Shown here piece by piece: positions 10,146 through 21,313 of a stretch of DNA of 33,415 nucleotides (positions are counted from its first letter, which is position 1; every line of letters begins with the position of its first letter). The DNA is from Macrostomum lignano (Eukaryota). The translations under genes and the position numbers were made by a program. A model generated the notes under the pieces. It was not told the origin of the DNA. It was given only the letters and a program-made list of their open reading frames with translations, and searched no databases. The DNA is taken from the NCBI GenBank assembly GCA_002269645.1, contig NIVC01004850.1, forward strand, positions 1-33,415. The letters run 5' to 3'.

Positions 10146-11533
10146 TCAGTCACTGAACTCAATCATGAGTTGAATGCTCTTTATGGCAGTTGAACGATTC
10201 GAGGTGGCTCCGTTCCAACTCATGTAAACCGGGCCGATCACAGCCGAGGTGCCGTAAATCCCATTAGGATTTGTCTTTAAACAGTCCTTGAACCACCAGC
10301 CGCCGTTGCCGTAGGAGTTCGAGCAGGAAGTGCTTTGAACATCGTTGTCCCGGTCCATTGTGGAGAATTGCATTTCATTCTGGTAGGATAGCGAGTCTTC
10401 GCTTGTGTTGGAGCTGCCAGTCAGGTAGGAACCATAGTTCATGGTGTAGTTGGTGGTGACGTCGCCCACAGTAAAGTTGGAGTACTCGCACACGAAGAGA
10501 ACATTCGACCACGTGATTATCTCAGCTCTAAGCAGCCGCGGAGACTTTCCGGTCAGTTGGTTTATTGTTTTTAGACCTGAAAAGAGTTGCAGTTTGGGGA
10601 AAGAATGCTTCAAAATGCGTTGACAAGTAAAGTATAAGGAAGGCTACACTCGAAAATTCGGCGGCATTTCTGAAAGTAGTCCGGACTCACCAACCCAGAA
10701 GTCAGTGCCGTCCCCGAATCCGTTCTCATAGTCGCTCCAGTTCCGAGCAAAGCTCAGATTTCCCTTCGATCGATGTTGCATGATTCGGAACACGCGGCCA
10801 CCGTCGATTGTCCCATAGCGCACGAGGCCTAGAAGAGTAATTTTTTTTATTAATGTAAACACTTTGAGCCACCTTAATATACTCGTAGTTACGAGCCGTA
10901 CTCATCCCAGAAGCGATAGGTCTTAAAGTGACACAGAAAAACAGCGATTAGATAGTTCAACCACTGACAAAGTCGCATAAAGTTTGCGTTCTATGAAATT
11001 CAACCTCACGTGACGTTTCCCGTCGTCGAAAAACCTGGCCGCTGCCGCCAGCAGCTCCGAAGCTGGCATTCCGCACGGCAGACAGCAGACAGAGACCAGA
11101 TTCCTGCACGAATGAGACGGCTGAGCACACCAGGCTGCCCAGCAACTCGCACTTCATCGCGCAGTCTCTCTCATTGCGACCCGGCAGAGTTTTGTAGCCA
11201 GAGGTCGCAATCGGTTCGCTCACCGGCTGGATGGAGAACTCTGGAATTTTTCATTTTCGCACAATAGTACATTTTTAAAGTCTAAAACAAACGAATTCGA
11301 TTTCTGGTGAAGCATTTAAGCAAACTTAATTGTTTATGAAATCATGCCAATCGGTTTAGCATGCGTGTAAATTCGTGCTTCTGTCTGAATACAAACAATA
11401 AAACAGACTAAAGTACTCGTAGTTCAATGCATTACACAATCCGAAAGAAACTAAAAGATGAAATTTTATTTGCTGCAGAAGTCACAGACAAAAGCAGAGA
11501 TAGGAAAGCCGCTACCACCAGCCGTTTTTCCAT
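10146..11533 (-). CDS. Secreted PAN/Apple + fibrinogen C-terminal domain protein (FReD copy 1)
   Basis: Probable signal-peptide exon from 11533 (MEKRLVVAAFLSLLLSVTSA; donor unresolved). Exon 11240-11010 is PAN-like (CAMKC...CSAVSF...CLL). Exon 10828-10691 contains FARNWSDYENGFG..DFWV. Exon 10576-10146 contains FSTMDRDND..CSNSYGNGGWWFKDC. Exon phases of exons 2-4 are compatible (231, 138 and 431 nt). Confidence 0.85.
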
Positions 11534-13293
11534 GGCGGAACACAAGCGGATTCTCCTGAGGCTGAAGAAGTGACATGCAGGTTTTAAGGTGACGAGTTTT
11601 TCTCAAATGGCAGCAAAAGAAACTTGAAGAAGCGAAGAAGCGTCACAATTTCAAGCTCCACAAACAACTAAACTCTGAACTAAGCAGCCATCTTGTTTTT
11701 AGTTGCTTCCATCTTGCTCTTTGAAATTCTTACTATTATGTATCTCAGAGACATTGCTTGTTGAGAAGAAATACAACCCTCTCCTGCGAACTCTGTTATT
11801 GCAAGGGAGCTTCCTTAGCTCCTTTAAAATGTTTGAGCACACTGTGTGTGTCAGTCAATATTCTCGTATTTTTTGAGAATTTAGAGATGATGATGTCGCT
11901 GAGTTCTGTCTCAACACTTGCTATAACCCTCTTGATAGAAGTAGAGTTGCGAAGCCATGCAGTTACGAACAGTTTCTGTAAATGCTTGGGGGCATTGAAT
12001 GATTGGCTCAAATACTTCCTTAAAGAGAAAGTTTTTTTAATAGTTTTGTTAAAATCCTTTTAAATTGTGGACAGAAAGATAAGTAAGGTGTTTCCACTGG
12101 TCTTGCTGTCGTTAGCCTCACTAATCCAAATCGATCGTAGCAGAGTAATTTCTCTGCGGTGAACGGATCTGACTACTGCCAACAGTACCCGCATCAATTT
12201 GGGGCTCGATCGCACACAGAAATTGCATGGCTCAGGGCTTGTGCGACTCAACAGCAAGTCACGGAGAGTATACATTTACATGTACATATCTTTATGTATT
12301 TATATGTACAAAAGTACAGTACAAACGCGGCAGCCGCTGTACGCTCTGTATGAACGCGCACCTACGTACGTATCCGTGCGGGTGGGGTGTGTGCTCAAGG
12401 AGTCAGCGGAATGAGCATGACTCCATGCCTTCTCGCTGGCTGCGGTCCGACGTCGCCTTGACATGGGGGCAGCGCTCGAACCACTAGCACGACTTGGCTT
12501 ATTGAAAAATCCGATAAAAAATTCGTTGGTTCGATCCCTAGCCTAATAATTTAACTACACGCTAGATGGAAGAAATCACATGTATATTTTCGAAGGATTA
12601 AAAACTGTTCCACACTGTAGCTTCGCTCATTATCTACGAGTACGCTCGTAGAAATAAAAGAATGCTATCGTTAATAATACTAGTTGATGAACAGTAAGGC
12701 CACAAAAAACGGTCCTGACCCCACCATGGGATCCTATCATCCCAATCCCTCGACTCGTTTGTGGTCGACGCCTTTAAGATACCTCGTACATGTAATAACA
12801 CGCTATCAATTCCTATGGACTTTTAATGCCTGACTTCAAATGCATGTACGAACTACATGAACAGAACCTCTAGTTAGTTCCTCTCTCTGCACAGGAATTG
12901 AGGAGAGTTGGAGCGTTTCTTTCTGTTTAGTGTCAGAATTTCTCCCCCCCCAGTAGAGCTTTAGTAAGGAACCTTGCAGGTTTGTAGTGTTGTGTATTTC
13001 TATAAGCTTTTATTTGTACCCGTTACGTGAAGCTATTTTAAGTTTTTCTATTGTCTTTGGTTTCATCTTTTTGCTGCGTATAGCACAGATTCTATATTAC
13101 CTAGATTGGTCACTCATCGAATTTGCAATGGAAACTGCGTCCGCCAGCCGTCTGCCGCGAAAACCCAGCGTTTTGCCCATAGACAGTCAGTTGTCTGCTG
13201 CCAGCGCAGCACTCTGCATTTAATAATTTATTTGATAAATCTATCGCGAGCTCAAAACTCGCTGGCTGTGAGCTGCTGCTTCGCACGTTAGCC

Positions 13294-14015
13294 ATGGCGC
13301 TGATCATCAATCGTCTTAGTAGCCACGCTTGTTGTGCAGCTGCCTGCTATACTACAGAGGACACTCCAGCTTCAGTGCATGGATTTGCAGTCCATCTACA
13401 CAAATTTCCAAGCGATGACCAGGTAGCAGTTCGTTGGATAGAGATACTTGAATTACGCGATGTTGACTTAAATTTTGTGCAGCAGCGGAGGCTGAAAGTG
13501 TGCAGTCTGCATTTTAAAGAAACCGATTACTCCTGCCCACTACACGAACGACGTTCAGCTCGACTTAGAAAAGATGCCCTTCCAAATCCCTACACTTTTC
13601 CACCACGTTTGGAGAAGGAATCGGTTGAAGTCGAGCCGCGACCAGACCACATTGCTGACAACATGTATCCACCAGTTCTGCATCGTGAAGATACGTATGC
13701 TGTCGAGATGCCTGAGCTACACGCAATGCCAGCCGACGCTCAGAATAAAACTGGTTCAGAAGACAGGGCAACAAACAACCGCAACGAAATTCGAAAGGAG
13801 CGGAAGAAACAGCGGGATAGAGCTCGATAACGAGATGGAGTCATCAAGAGATTAAAGCAGAAGCTTCAAAGAGCTTCAACTGCCACTTCTGAACAGCAGA
13901 CAGTTGCAACACGCCGAATTCGAAATCGCGGTATGCGCTGGAATCGCAAGCAGGTGCGAGAAGCCATTGTGATTCACCACTTGAGTCCTGCTGCTTATCG
14001 GTTCCTACGCAGGCA
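13294..14015 (+). pseudogene. THAP zinc finger + coiled coil + start of a P-element/THAP9-like transposase, interrupted and truncated
   Basis: THAP C2CH motif: CCAAAC...LHKFP...RWI...KVCSLHF...RLRKDALP. An in-frame TAA at 13828-13830 is followed by the same frame continuing to MRWNRKQVREAIVIHHLSPAAYRFLRRQ (the P-transposase SPxAYxxLR motif). The frame then breaks into a 13-bp minisatellite. Confidence 0.8.
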
Positions 14016-14019
14016 ATCT

Positions 14020-14140
14020 GCCACGCTTATCTGTCATGCTTATCAGTCACGCTTATCTGTCACGCTTATCTGTCATGCTTATCTGTCACGCTTATCTGTC
14101 ATGCTTATCTGTCATGCTTATCTGTCATGCTTGCCTGTCA
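14020..14140. repeat. 13-bp minisatellite CTTATCTGTCA(T/C)G at the transposase deletion breakpoint
   Basis: Directly visible tandem array, about 9 copies. Confidence 0.9.
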
Positions 14141-15349
14141 TACTTGCTTGTTTAATCACCATATCTTTATGGAAGTAATAATATCTTTATTTGTTTTAAT
14201 GTTCCGCGCATTCAATAAATACGCTCGTATTCGGCTCAGAAATTTGTTACTCGCGTTTTCTCCAATTAAAAGTCATTTCTCAATATTGGCTCGCCTAGCG
14301 TTAAAGGCAAATAACATAGTTTACTAAAAATATATGTTAATGCGGCAGTATTCAACTCGCGTCTGTGGCAAAAACACTGGGTTTTCGATGAGCGAACGAT
14401 TTCTCTTGGAGTGACCAATCTAGGTAATATAGAATCTGTGGCGTATAGTGCTCACAGCCGATTTCTATTGTATACGCAATTTGAGTTCAATTAGCAAATA
14501 TAAGAAGCGCGCGTCTGCCCAGCAGCTATAATTGGTAAGTATAAGATATTCTTTGGGTTTGAGGTCGGTATGTGATTAAATCCCGAGAGCCAAATATTTA
14601 AACAACTTTAATTTTGCGGGATGTATTCAGATAAATCCCGGAGCCATACTTGTATGTCTATGGTTGAAGTTGGGGATGGGGTGTGGGGGCGAAGCCTTTG
14701 CTGGGCCCCCACATTCTTACCATAGACAAAATTTAATTAAGAAATTTCTCGAGTCACAAAGGAAGAGAAGAGAGAAGCTCGCTTATTTAGATACATACAA
14801 TAATCCTTGCAATATGTCCGGGAAAGTGATCGATTAAATCCCGCAAAATAAAATCTATGTCAATAATCTCCCTGAAATTGAGCTTTAAAGTGGTTTAATA
14901 TTCAATAAAATCACGGAAAATCTTTATATCTATGGATTATAATAGACTATAGGCTTCATAGTCCCACAGTTAGTTGGAGGCTGAAACCGAAAGTGGGAGT
15001 TTGGGCCATAGACAAACTAGCTTGGGGCAAAAGAAGGTACTTTTATTAAACGCAGGGAGACAAGACGCTAAAAATCACGCAAAATATTGTAACACTAAGT
15101 CCTCTTTAACAAGACACTTTAAAATTTTAATGCCTCCGAAGAAAAGCGAAGAAAAGAAAGAAAGTCGTTGGACTGCTGCAGCTAGACGATTTAGATCTGC
15201 AAGGCAGAACAATGCGGCTGAAGCAGGACCATCAGAAGAAGCAGACAACACTTGGTAGCTCTGCACAGGCCACATGCAAGTGCGGCAGAAGAACAAACCC
15301 AGAATCGAAACTTAGGACCGCGAAACTTACGACCGCAAACAAGATCATC

Positions 15350-15550
15350 GAGAGAAGGGGGGAGAGAGGAGAGGAGAGAGAAAAGAAGAGATAAGAAATG
15401 AGATGAGAGAGATTAAAGAAAAGAGAGATGAGGGAAGTAAGAGAGAAGAGGGGACAGAGGAGAGAGGAAAAAAGGGAAGAGACGAAAGGAGAGAGAAAAG
15501 AGAGGAGAGAGGAGGGACGAGAGAGAAGAGAGGAAACAGAAGAGAAGATA
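15350..15550. repeat. GA-rich low-complexity tract
   Basis: Polypurine tract that explains the E/R/K-rich and L/S-rich ORFs. Confidence 0.85.
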
Positions 15551-15858
15551 GAAGTTTCAATGGATCCAAGGGACGTAGGGGGAGTCAGAGGCAGAGGCCA
15601 GAGTTTGCCAATACATGTTTTAGAGTCAGAGAGACTTGCCTGACATTTTGCGCAGCACCCCAGCTAACAATATCAAATGTTTGCCTCAAATCCTAATTTT
15701 ACACTAATGTACTCTATTTATGTTTACCTCTATCCTACTAACTACGAGCTATTAACAAGTTTTTGTTCCTGTATGGCCTTAGATTTCAGAATACATGCAA
15801 AAATAGTTCTGGGGATTGGAATTCCTCGGGTTCAAAATCCATGGGTTTCAACAGCTTG

Positions 15859-17677
15859 TGTTAGTATAAATACAAGTTCAACTCGCGGCTTCGGCCCTTC
15901 ACCTCTGCTTTTCTTCTTCTGATTCCTTACCCCGCTAACCGCTCATTCTTACATCGACCAGATCCAGCAATCCCAGAACGACCACAGCACAGCCTCTGCT
16001 GAAGCGGAGCAGCCGCACGTCGAAGCCAGTGACCCGCCGCCAGCTGCTTCAGCAGCCGCGACATCTGCTTTTTCCGCTGCTCCTTTCACGACTTCGATCC
16101 CTGCAATAGCTCCCGCTGCCTCCGTCGACGTCAACGCCCTCCTCACCTCCATGAATGCAATGATGCAGCAGAATCAGCTGCTCATACAACAGCTCGCCGC
16201 TAATACACATCCTGCCCCGACATTAACGTCGTCGTCCGCTACGAGTGATCGCGATCCGGCCGCTCTCATCCGCTCCAATGTTCTCCAGAAGGTTCGTCTC
16301 CCGACATTCGACGGCACCAACCCTGCCGCATTCCCCAGGTTCTGGAACGCCTTTCTCTACCGCGTCGACCAATCCAGTCTCAACGACGTTGACAAGTTCG
16401 AGGCACTCTGCGGTCTCCTATCCGGCGCCGCCCTCAGGAAGCTGGCGCCCTCGATGCCTGCCAACCGAACGCCTACTTTGAGGCCTGCCCCGTCCTCCAG
16501 GACAACTACGCCGACGCCCAGAAGCAGAAGAACACCTCTTTCCAGCACATTTTCGCTCTCCAGTGCAGTTCCGCCTCCGACCCGGACGAGCTCGAGACCT
16601 TCACCGACGCCCTTCGGCTGGCTACCGGCCAGCTCCTTCGCCTTGGCGAGCTCGCTTGCACCCACGTCTACGCACTCTGGAACCGCCTCCCGCTCGAGTT
16701 CCAGACCGAAATCCGGAACATCCGCGCCACCAACGGGCTGCCCCTCGTGCCCACCATGGCCCAGCTCCAGGGCCAGCTCGACTGCAAGCTGAAGACGCTC
16801 AGAGCCGCTTCCACTAGCTGCACCCTTCGCTTCCGCCAGCCTTCTGGGCAACGCCAGTTCCCGGCCGCCACAAGCACGCAGCACCGGCAATCGCCTATCG
16901 TCGGGCGCCGCTCGACCTGGCCCCGCTCCTCGCGCCGACATTACATCTCGCCCAGCCGCGCAGTTTAGTTCCACTGCCAGCCAAGAGCCCAAGAGCTCTT
17001 GTCCCTGCAGCGACGCCAGTCAGCTTATCGGCCCTAACGTACCCACCCTAGCGCTTCGACCGACTCTCACAGCCTGCCTGACACCCTTCGGGGCCATCCT
17101 CGACGGCTCCCTCGACACCACAGCCTCTCGTCTCAACGGCTTCCTCGGCCCCTCGCAAGTGATCATTGCGAACACTTTCCTTAACAACGATGGGCTCCAC
17201 TTTGACCGACTTCTGGACGGCATGTCCAACCTTGAAGCTCGTCAGCACAGCAAAGGATGCTGAAAGGCCTGACCCCAGGAACGACAGACCCCAGGAGCGC
17301 CTGCTCGACTCCATCACGCGCGATACTGACGGTCGAATCTTGGTCGACGCCATTTAAAACCGGCGCTGAACTGCTCCCATTCAACTTTGTACAAGCCTTC
17401 GGACGGGCGCAGGCCACGCATCGGCGCCTAAGCCTCCTGGAGCGAGAGGCAAATATTTGCACTTTCTGTTTGGCAATACAGCCTCGTACTTTTCAGTTAG
17501 CTGACTCCCTTTGTCTACCACGTCTTTTCCCACAGACTATCATAACCGTTAATTTACCAAAGACATTTTAGCTACCCTGTTCGCTATGTTAGTAAAAATA
17601 TAAGTTCAGCTCGCGGCTTCAGCCCTTCACCTCTGCTTTTCTTCTGATTCCTTACCCGCTAACCGCTTGTTCTTATA
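15859..17677 (+). mobile_element. Deleted Bel/Pao LTR retrotransposon derivative with very short LTRs
   Basis: Direct repeats at 15859-15953 (TGTTAG...CTTACA) and 17587-17677 (TGTTAG...CTTATA), roughly 88% identical by eye. Between them lie a DUF1759-type gag remnant and a short pol remnant. No TSD, PBS or PPT is recognisable. Confidence 0.78.
15953..17357 (+). pseudogene. Bel/Pao gag (DUF1759-like) and post-protease pol fragments, frameshifted
   Basis: KVRLPTFDGTNPAAFPRFWNAF...LNDVDKFEALCGLLSGAA, then after a frameshift at ~16460 NAYFEACPVLQDNY. Later fragments LTPFGAILDG, LTDFW and RLLDSITRDTDGRILV match Bel/Pao motifs (T.FGW.L.G, L..FW, RD.DGRY.V). Confidence 0.75.
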
Positions 17678-20024
17678 TTAGTTTATTGTCAACTTCGACA
17701 GACGTAGTGCCACCTACAGTGGGAAAATTCCCCCCTCCTCTAGTTAACTACGGAGCTATACCAAATGGTGAGATATCAGGAGTAACTTTCACGTCATTCA
17801 TGCCCAAGTCATTTAAGACAGTCGAGATGGGAAACGCTATAGATTCTCCGAGAAAACTGCTAGAGGCTTTCGCTATATCTTCAAGAGTTTATGAAGAACG
17901 TCAGTAAAAAAGCAGGCCTTACTAAGGTGTACACCAACCACTGCATATGGTAGGTAGTTTGACCTGTGCTTTTGCACATCATATTCATAATGTTTCTCTG
18001 AGAGCACATTTGCATCTCGACTAATCTTTTCTTAACCTCTAAAGTAACTAGAGTGTGTGACCTGGATGCCATGGCCAGACTATCCAGGAGATCTTGCTAA
18101 TCACTGGGCAAAAGTGTGAGCGAACTGCTAAGCGCAACTTATCGAGGCGTCGTGATCGCAGTTTGTATAGGGCATTTCTGGCTGTGGATCAGGCGCTGAA
18201 CCATACAGTTTCCGAAGCTAATGAGACTGTTCACCTAGCTCGTCCAACCACAATAAGCGAGGCTACGCTGGAGGAATGTGTGGATGTTTATCAAGAGCAT
18301 GTGCGCACTACGTTTGGCGCACTACGTTTGGCGCACTACGTTTGCAGGCTGCCCCGTCAAAGAAGATGAAAGTGACCATTGGCGGCAGTCTCAATCTGAT
18401 CGACATTCTTTTTGAGTGACGTAACTGTGTAGGCCGGGTATTAACTGATTTACACACAATTGCTTTGTTGAACAGTTTCCCGGAGTTTTGCTAGCATCGA
18501 AAAATAAATTTTACCCTTCGTTATTGTTTAACTTGCCGTTGCGTAACGTCTAAAATGACATTAAAACGCATCCCAGGCGCGTGTTATTGTCACGAAAAAG
18601 TACATAGCCATGTACGGAAAGTCTCCACTCCTATATAACAGTTTCATAGCAGTCGAGCATTTCAACGCATCTAATCGGCTTCTCAATCGAGCGAGGCCAT
18701 GCAGCTATGCAAGTTATGCGGGGGGGTAGTTATTCTTAAGGCTTGAAGGCATTCTGCTGTGCAAAGAGAGGCAGGAGGAGCCTTCCCTTGTTCTTAGATG
18801 AGTTGGGAGGAGGTTATGGCGCCAGTGACCCAGCGGCTTCTCCGGCAAGGCTGTGGAAGGCTCCAAATAATCAATACGCAGTCATAAGGCTCCTGGGCAG
18901 GAGTCACGCGGCCTGCAATACCTCTGCTGAGGTTGTAAGAAATTCTTCAACCAGCAGCCTAACCTGCTGGATGAGATGAGCAGAGCAGCCGACCACGGAA
19001 TCGCCCAACCGTAGACCTCTGCCATAGTATTCTTGCTGGAAACGCAGGCCCTCAAAATTCAATTGTTTTTTCTCAGTTTGGACTGTTGCTGAGGATAGCC
19101 CAAGCTATGCCCCCAAAATGATGAGTGGCATCAATCGATAATCCTGTCCATCCATGTCAGAGACATCAGTAATTTCCACTCCAGATAGCATACGCTCGTA
19201 TTTTATAAGTCCCTGGCCCAATCGATATCCATTTACGTCACTGTTGGTTATTTGATAGCCTCAAGCATGCCGAGACATTTAACTTCTCACTGCTCCAGTG
19301 AGCCGCCTTCTGCTTGGTAGGTGGTCTGCGAATCAAAGAGAAAAATTTAAAAGATTAGGCTGCAGGATCAAAGGGCCAGCTCTGACTAAGATGGTGGCTC
19401 GTGTGAGGAGTTTTGTGTATGATTTCAGCTCAGGGGTTATGGAGGGAATGTTACAACTCTTTTTGCTGCCGGTGCTTCTTTGAGCTCGAAGTAACCCTTA
19501 TGAACTCATAGTATGGTCCTTGATGAAAAAACCAAGACGAACACTACCTATAAGCCACTTTGATTTTTGTAGTCAAATAAGAACCGATGTAGGAAAGCGT
19601 GTTGGACGTATAGGATTTATTAAGGTCGTGTAGGGTATAGTCGCAGAGAAACTTGATTTTTTCCAGAAATGCTTATAACAAAGATAATTTATAACAAGGA
19701 AAAGTTTTTTTGTTCTAAAAAGTACCGAGTTTGAAAATCTTGACAAGTTTGTTACGTAAAAAGACTCTTGAATGCTTTACAGAAACAATTTTGTTTCAAT
19801 TATCAATAAAACTTTTCTACCAATATTTAAAAGCTGGATATTATTTTTAAGACAAAATAATAAATATTGTATAATTGTTTAGCAATAACAGCATTCGATT
19901 TTCTGACAACTTAACAAACAGACTACTCACTCAAAAAACACAGTTCAATTTCTTCAACGAGATCAAAGTTCAGCTCAGATAATTTTCCGTATTCATCATC
20001 TACCGCGGCCGGCTGCAGGCCTCA

Positions 20025-21313
20025 TCAAACCAGCTGAACCATAAGCCGAATGCTCTTCAGTGGTTCTGAGCTTGACGATGAGGCTGCACCTTTCCAAATC
20101 ATGCCTGTTGAGTCGGATGCAGCGGAGTAGCGGAACTGGCCGGTCGGGTTAGCAATATAACAACTGTAGAACCACCAGCCGCCATATCCATAAGTATTAG
20201 AGCAGGAAGAGCTGCGATGATCGTTATCCCGGTCAGTGGTGGAGAACTGCATGCCTTTGTGGTAGGTCAGCGAGTCCGAGCTCATGTTTGAGTTGATGTA
20301 CGAACCGAAGGTCATGGCGTAGTTGGTGCTGGCACCCGCCACGGTGAAGTTGGTGTACTCGCAGGCAGAGAAAACACCTGCCCAGGTCACAGCTTCCACT
20401 CTCAGAAGCCTGGGCGTGCTGCCCGTCAGCTCGTTAATTATGCGAAGACCTGAAAGAAATCCAAGACAATCGAACAGAGGTTGCTTCAAATCGAATGTGG
20501 ACTCACCAATCCAGAAATCAGAGCTGTCTCCAAATCCGTTCTCGTACTCAGTCCAGTTCCTGGCAAAGCTCACGTTGCCGCTGAGGCGCTGCAGAATCAG
20601 GTAGAATACCCTGTCGCCCACCATGTCTGCATGGAAAGTCAAAAAAAACATTTCTAGTAAGACAGTGTAGGCACTAGTTATGCAATGTCATGGGGTCTTG
20701 CGTGTAATCATGTTGTTCAGACAACAGTGCGGGGTGACTGCTGAATTTGTATAATCCTCGAGTTCTCGCTAGAAAACAATTAGTTGCTACCAGTTTAAAT
20801 AAAAATGAAATCGTGATGAAATCTGAGAACGGCATGAGGGCATTCGATCATTATCTTAATTTAAATGGATTGGAGCTCAAACTCACACGGCTCCAGCCCG
20901 CCGGCAGTGCGCCGAAACACCTGGCTGCTGCCGCCAGCAGCTCCGAAGCTGGCATTCCGCACGGCAGACAGCAGGCAGAGACCAGATTCCCGCACGAATG
21001 AGACGGCTGAGCACACCAGACTGCCCAGCAACTCGCACTTTATCGCGCAGTCTCTCTCATTGCGACCCGGCAGAGTTTTGTAGCCAGAGGTCGCAATCGG
21101 TTCGCTCACCTGCTGGATAGAGAACTCTGAAATTTCAGTTTGAGTTTTCGATGACTTCGAAAATCACATGACTTTGATTGTTGTTGCAATTCGTTAGAGA
21201 GCGTGACGTGCTCGATTCCGCTTTACGAAGGTATAACACTGCTTACCTGCAGCCTGAGCCGCGATGAAGATCACTGATAGCGCAGTCGCCATCATCAACA
21301 ATTTGCCGAACAT
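20025..21313 (-). CDS. Secreted PAN/Apple + fibrinogen C-terminal domain protein (FReD copy 2), intact, 283 aa
   Basis: Exons 21313-21247 (signal peptide MFGKLLMMATALSVIFIAAQAA, donor GTAAGC), 21126-20887 (PAN-like), 20626-20507 (FARNWTEYENGFG..DFWI) and 20449-20025 (FSTTDRDND..CSNTYGYGGWWFYSC). They total 852 nt, all GT-AG, and join in frame. Confidence 0.88.

Larger units (their letters stand above)
13084..14440 (+). mobile_element. Internally deleted THAP/P-element-superfamily DNA transposon (1357 bp)
   Basis: Perfect 32-bp TIRs CACAGATTCTATATTACCTAGATTGGTCACTC (13084-13115 and the reverse complement at 14409-14440). Perfect 8-bp TSD GCGTATAG (13076-13083 and 14441-14448). A THAP-domain ORF lies inside. 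Confidence 0.93.

Noticed and set aside
12270-12490. Minus-strand GC-rich segment starting GTCGTGCTAGTGGTTCGAGCGC, possibly a SINE or structured RNA
   Set aside because: An A-box-like motif is present but there is no B box, and I could not support a fold or family by eye.
14640-15020. Repeated CCATAGACA / TGTCTATGG motifs suggesting transposon termini (also at 4080)
   Set aside because: I could not pair ends with a matching target-site duplication.
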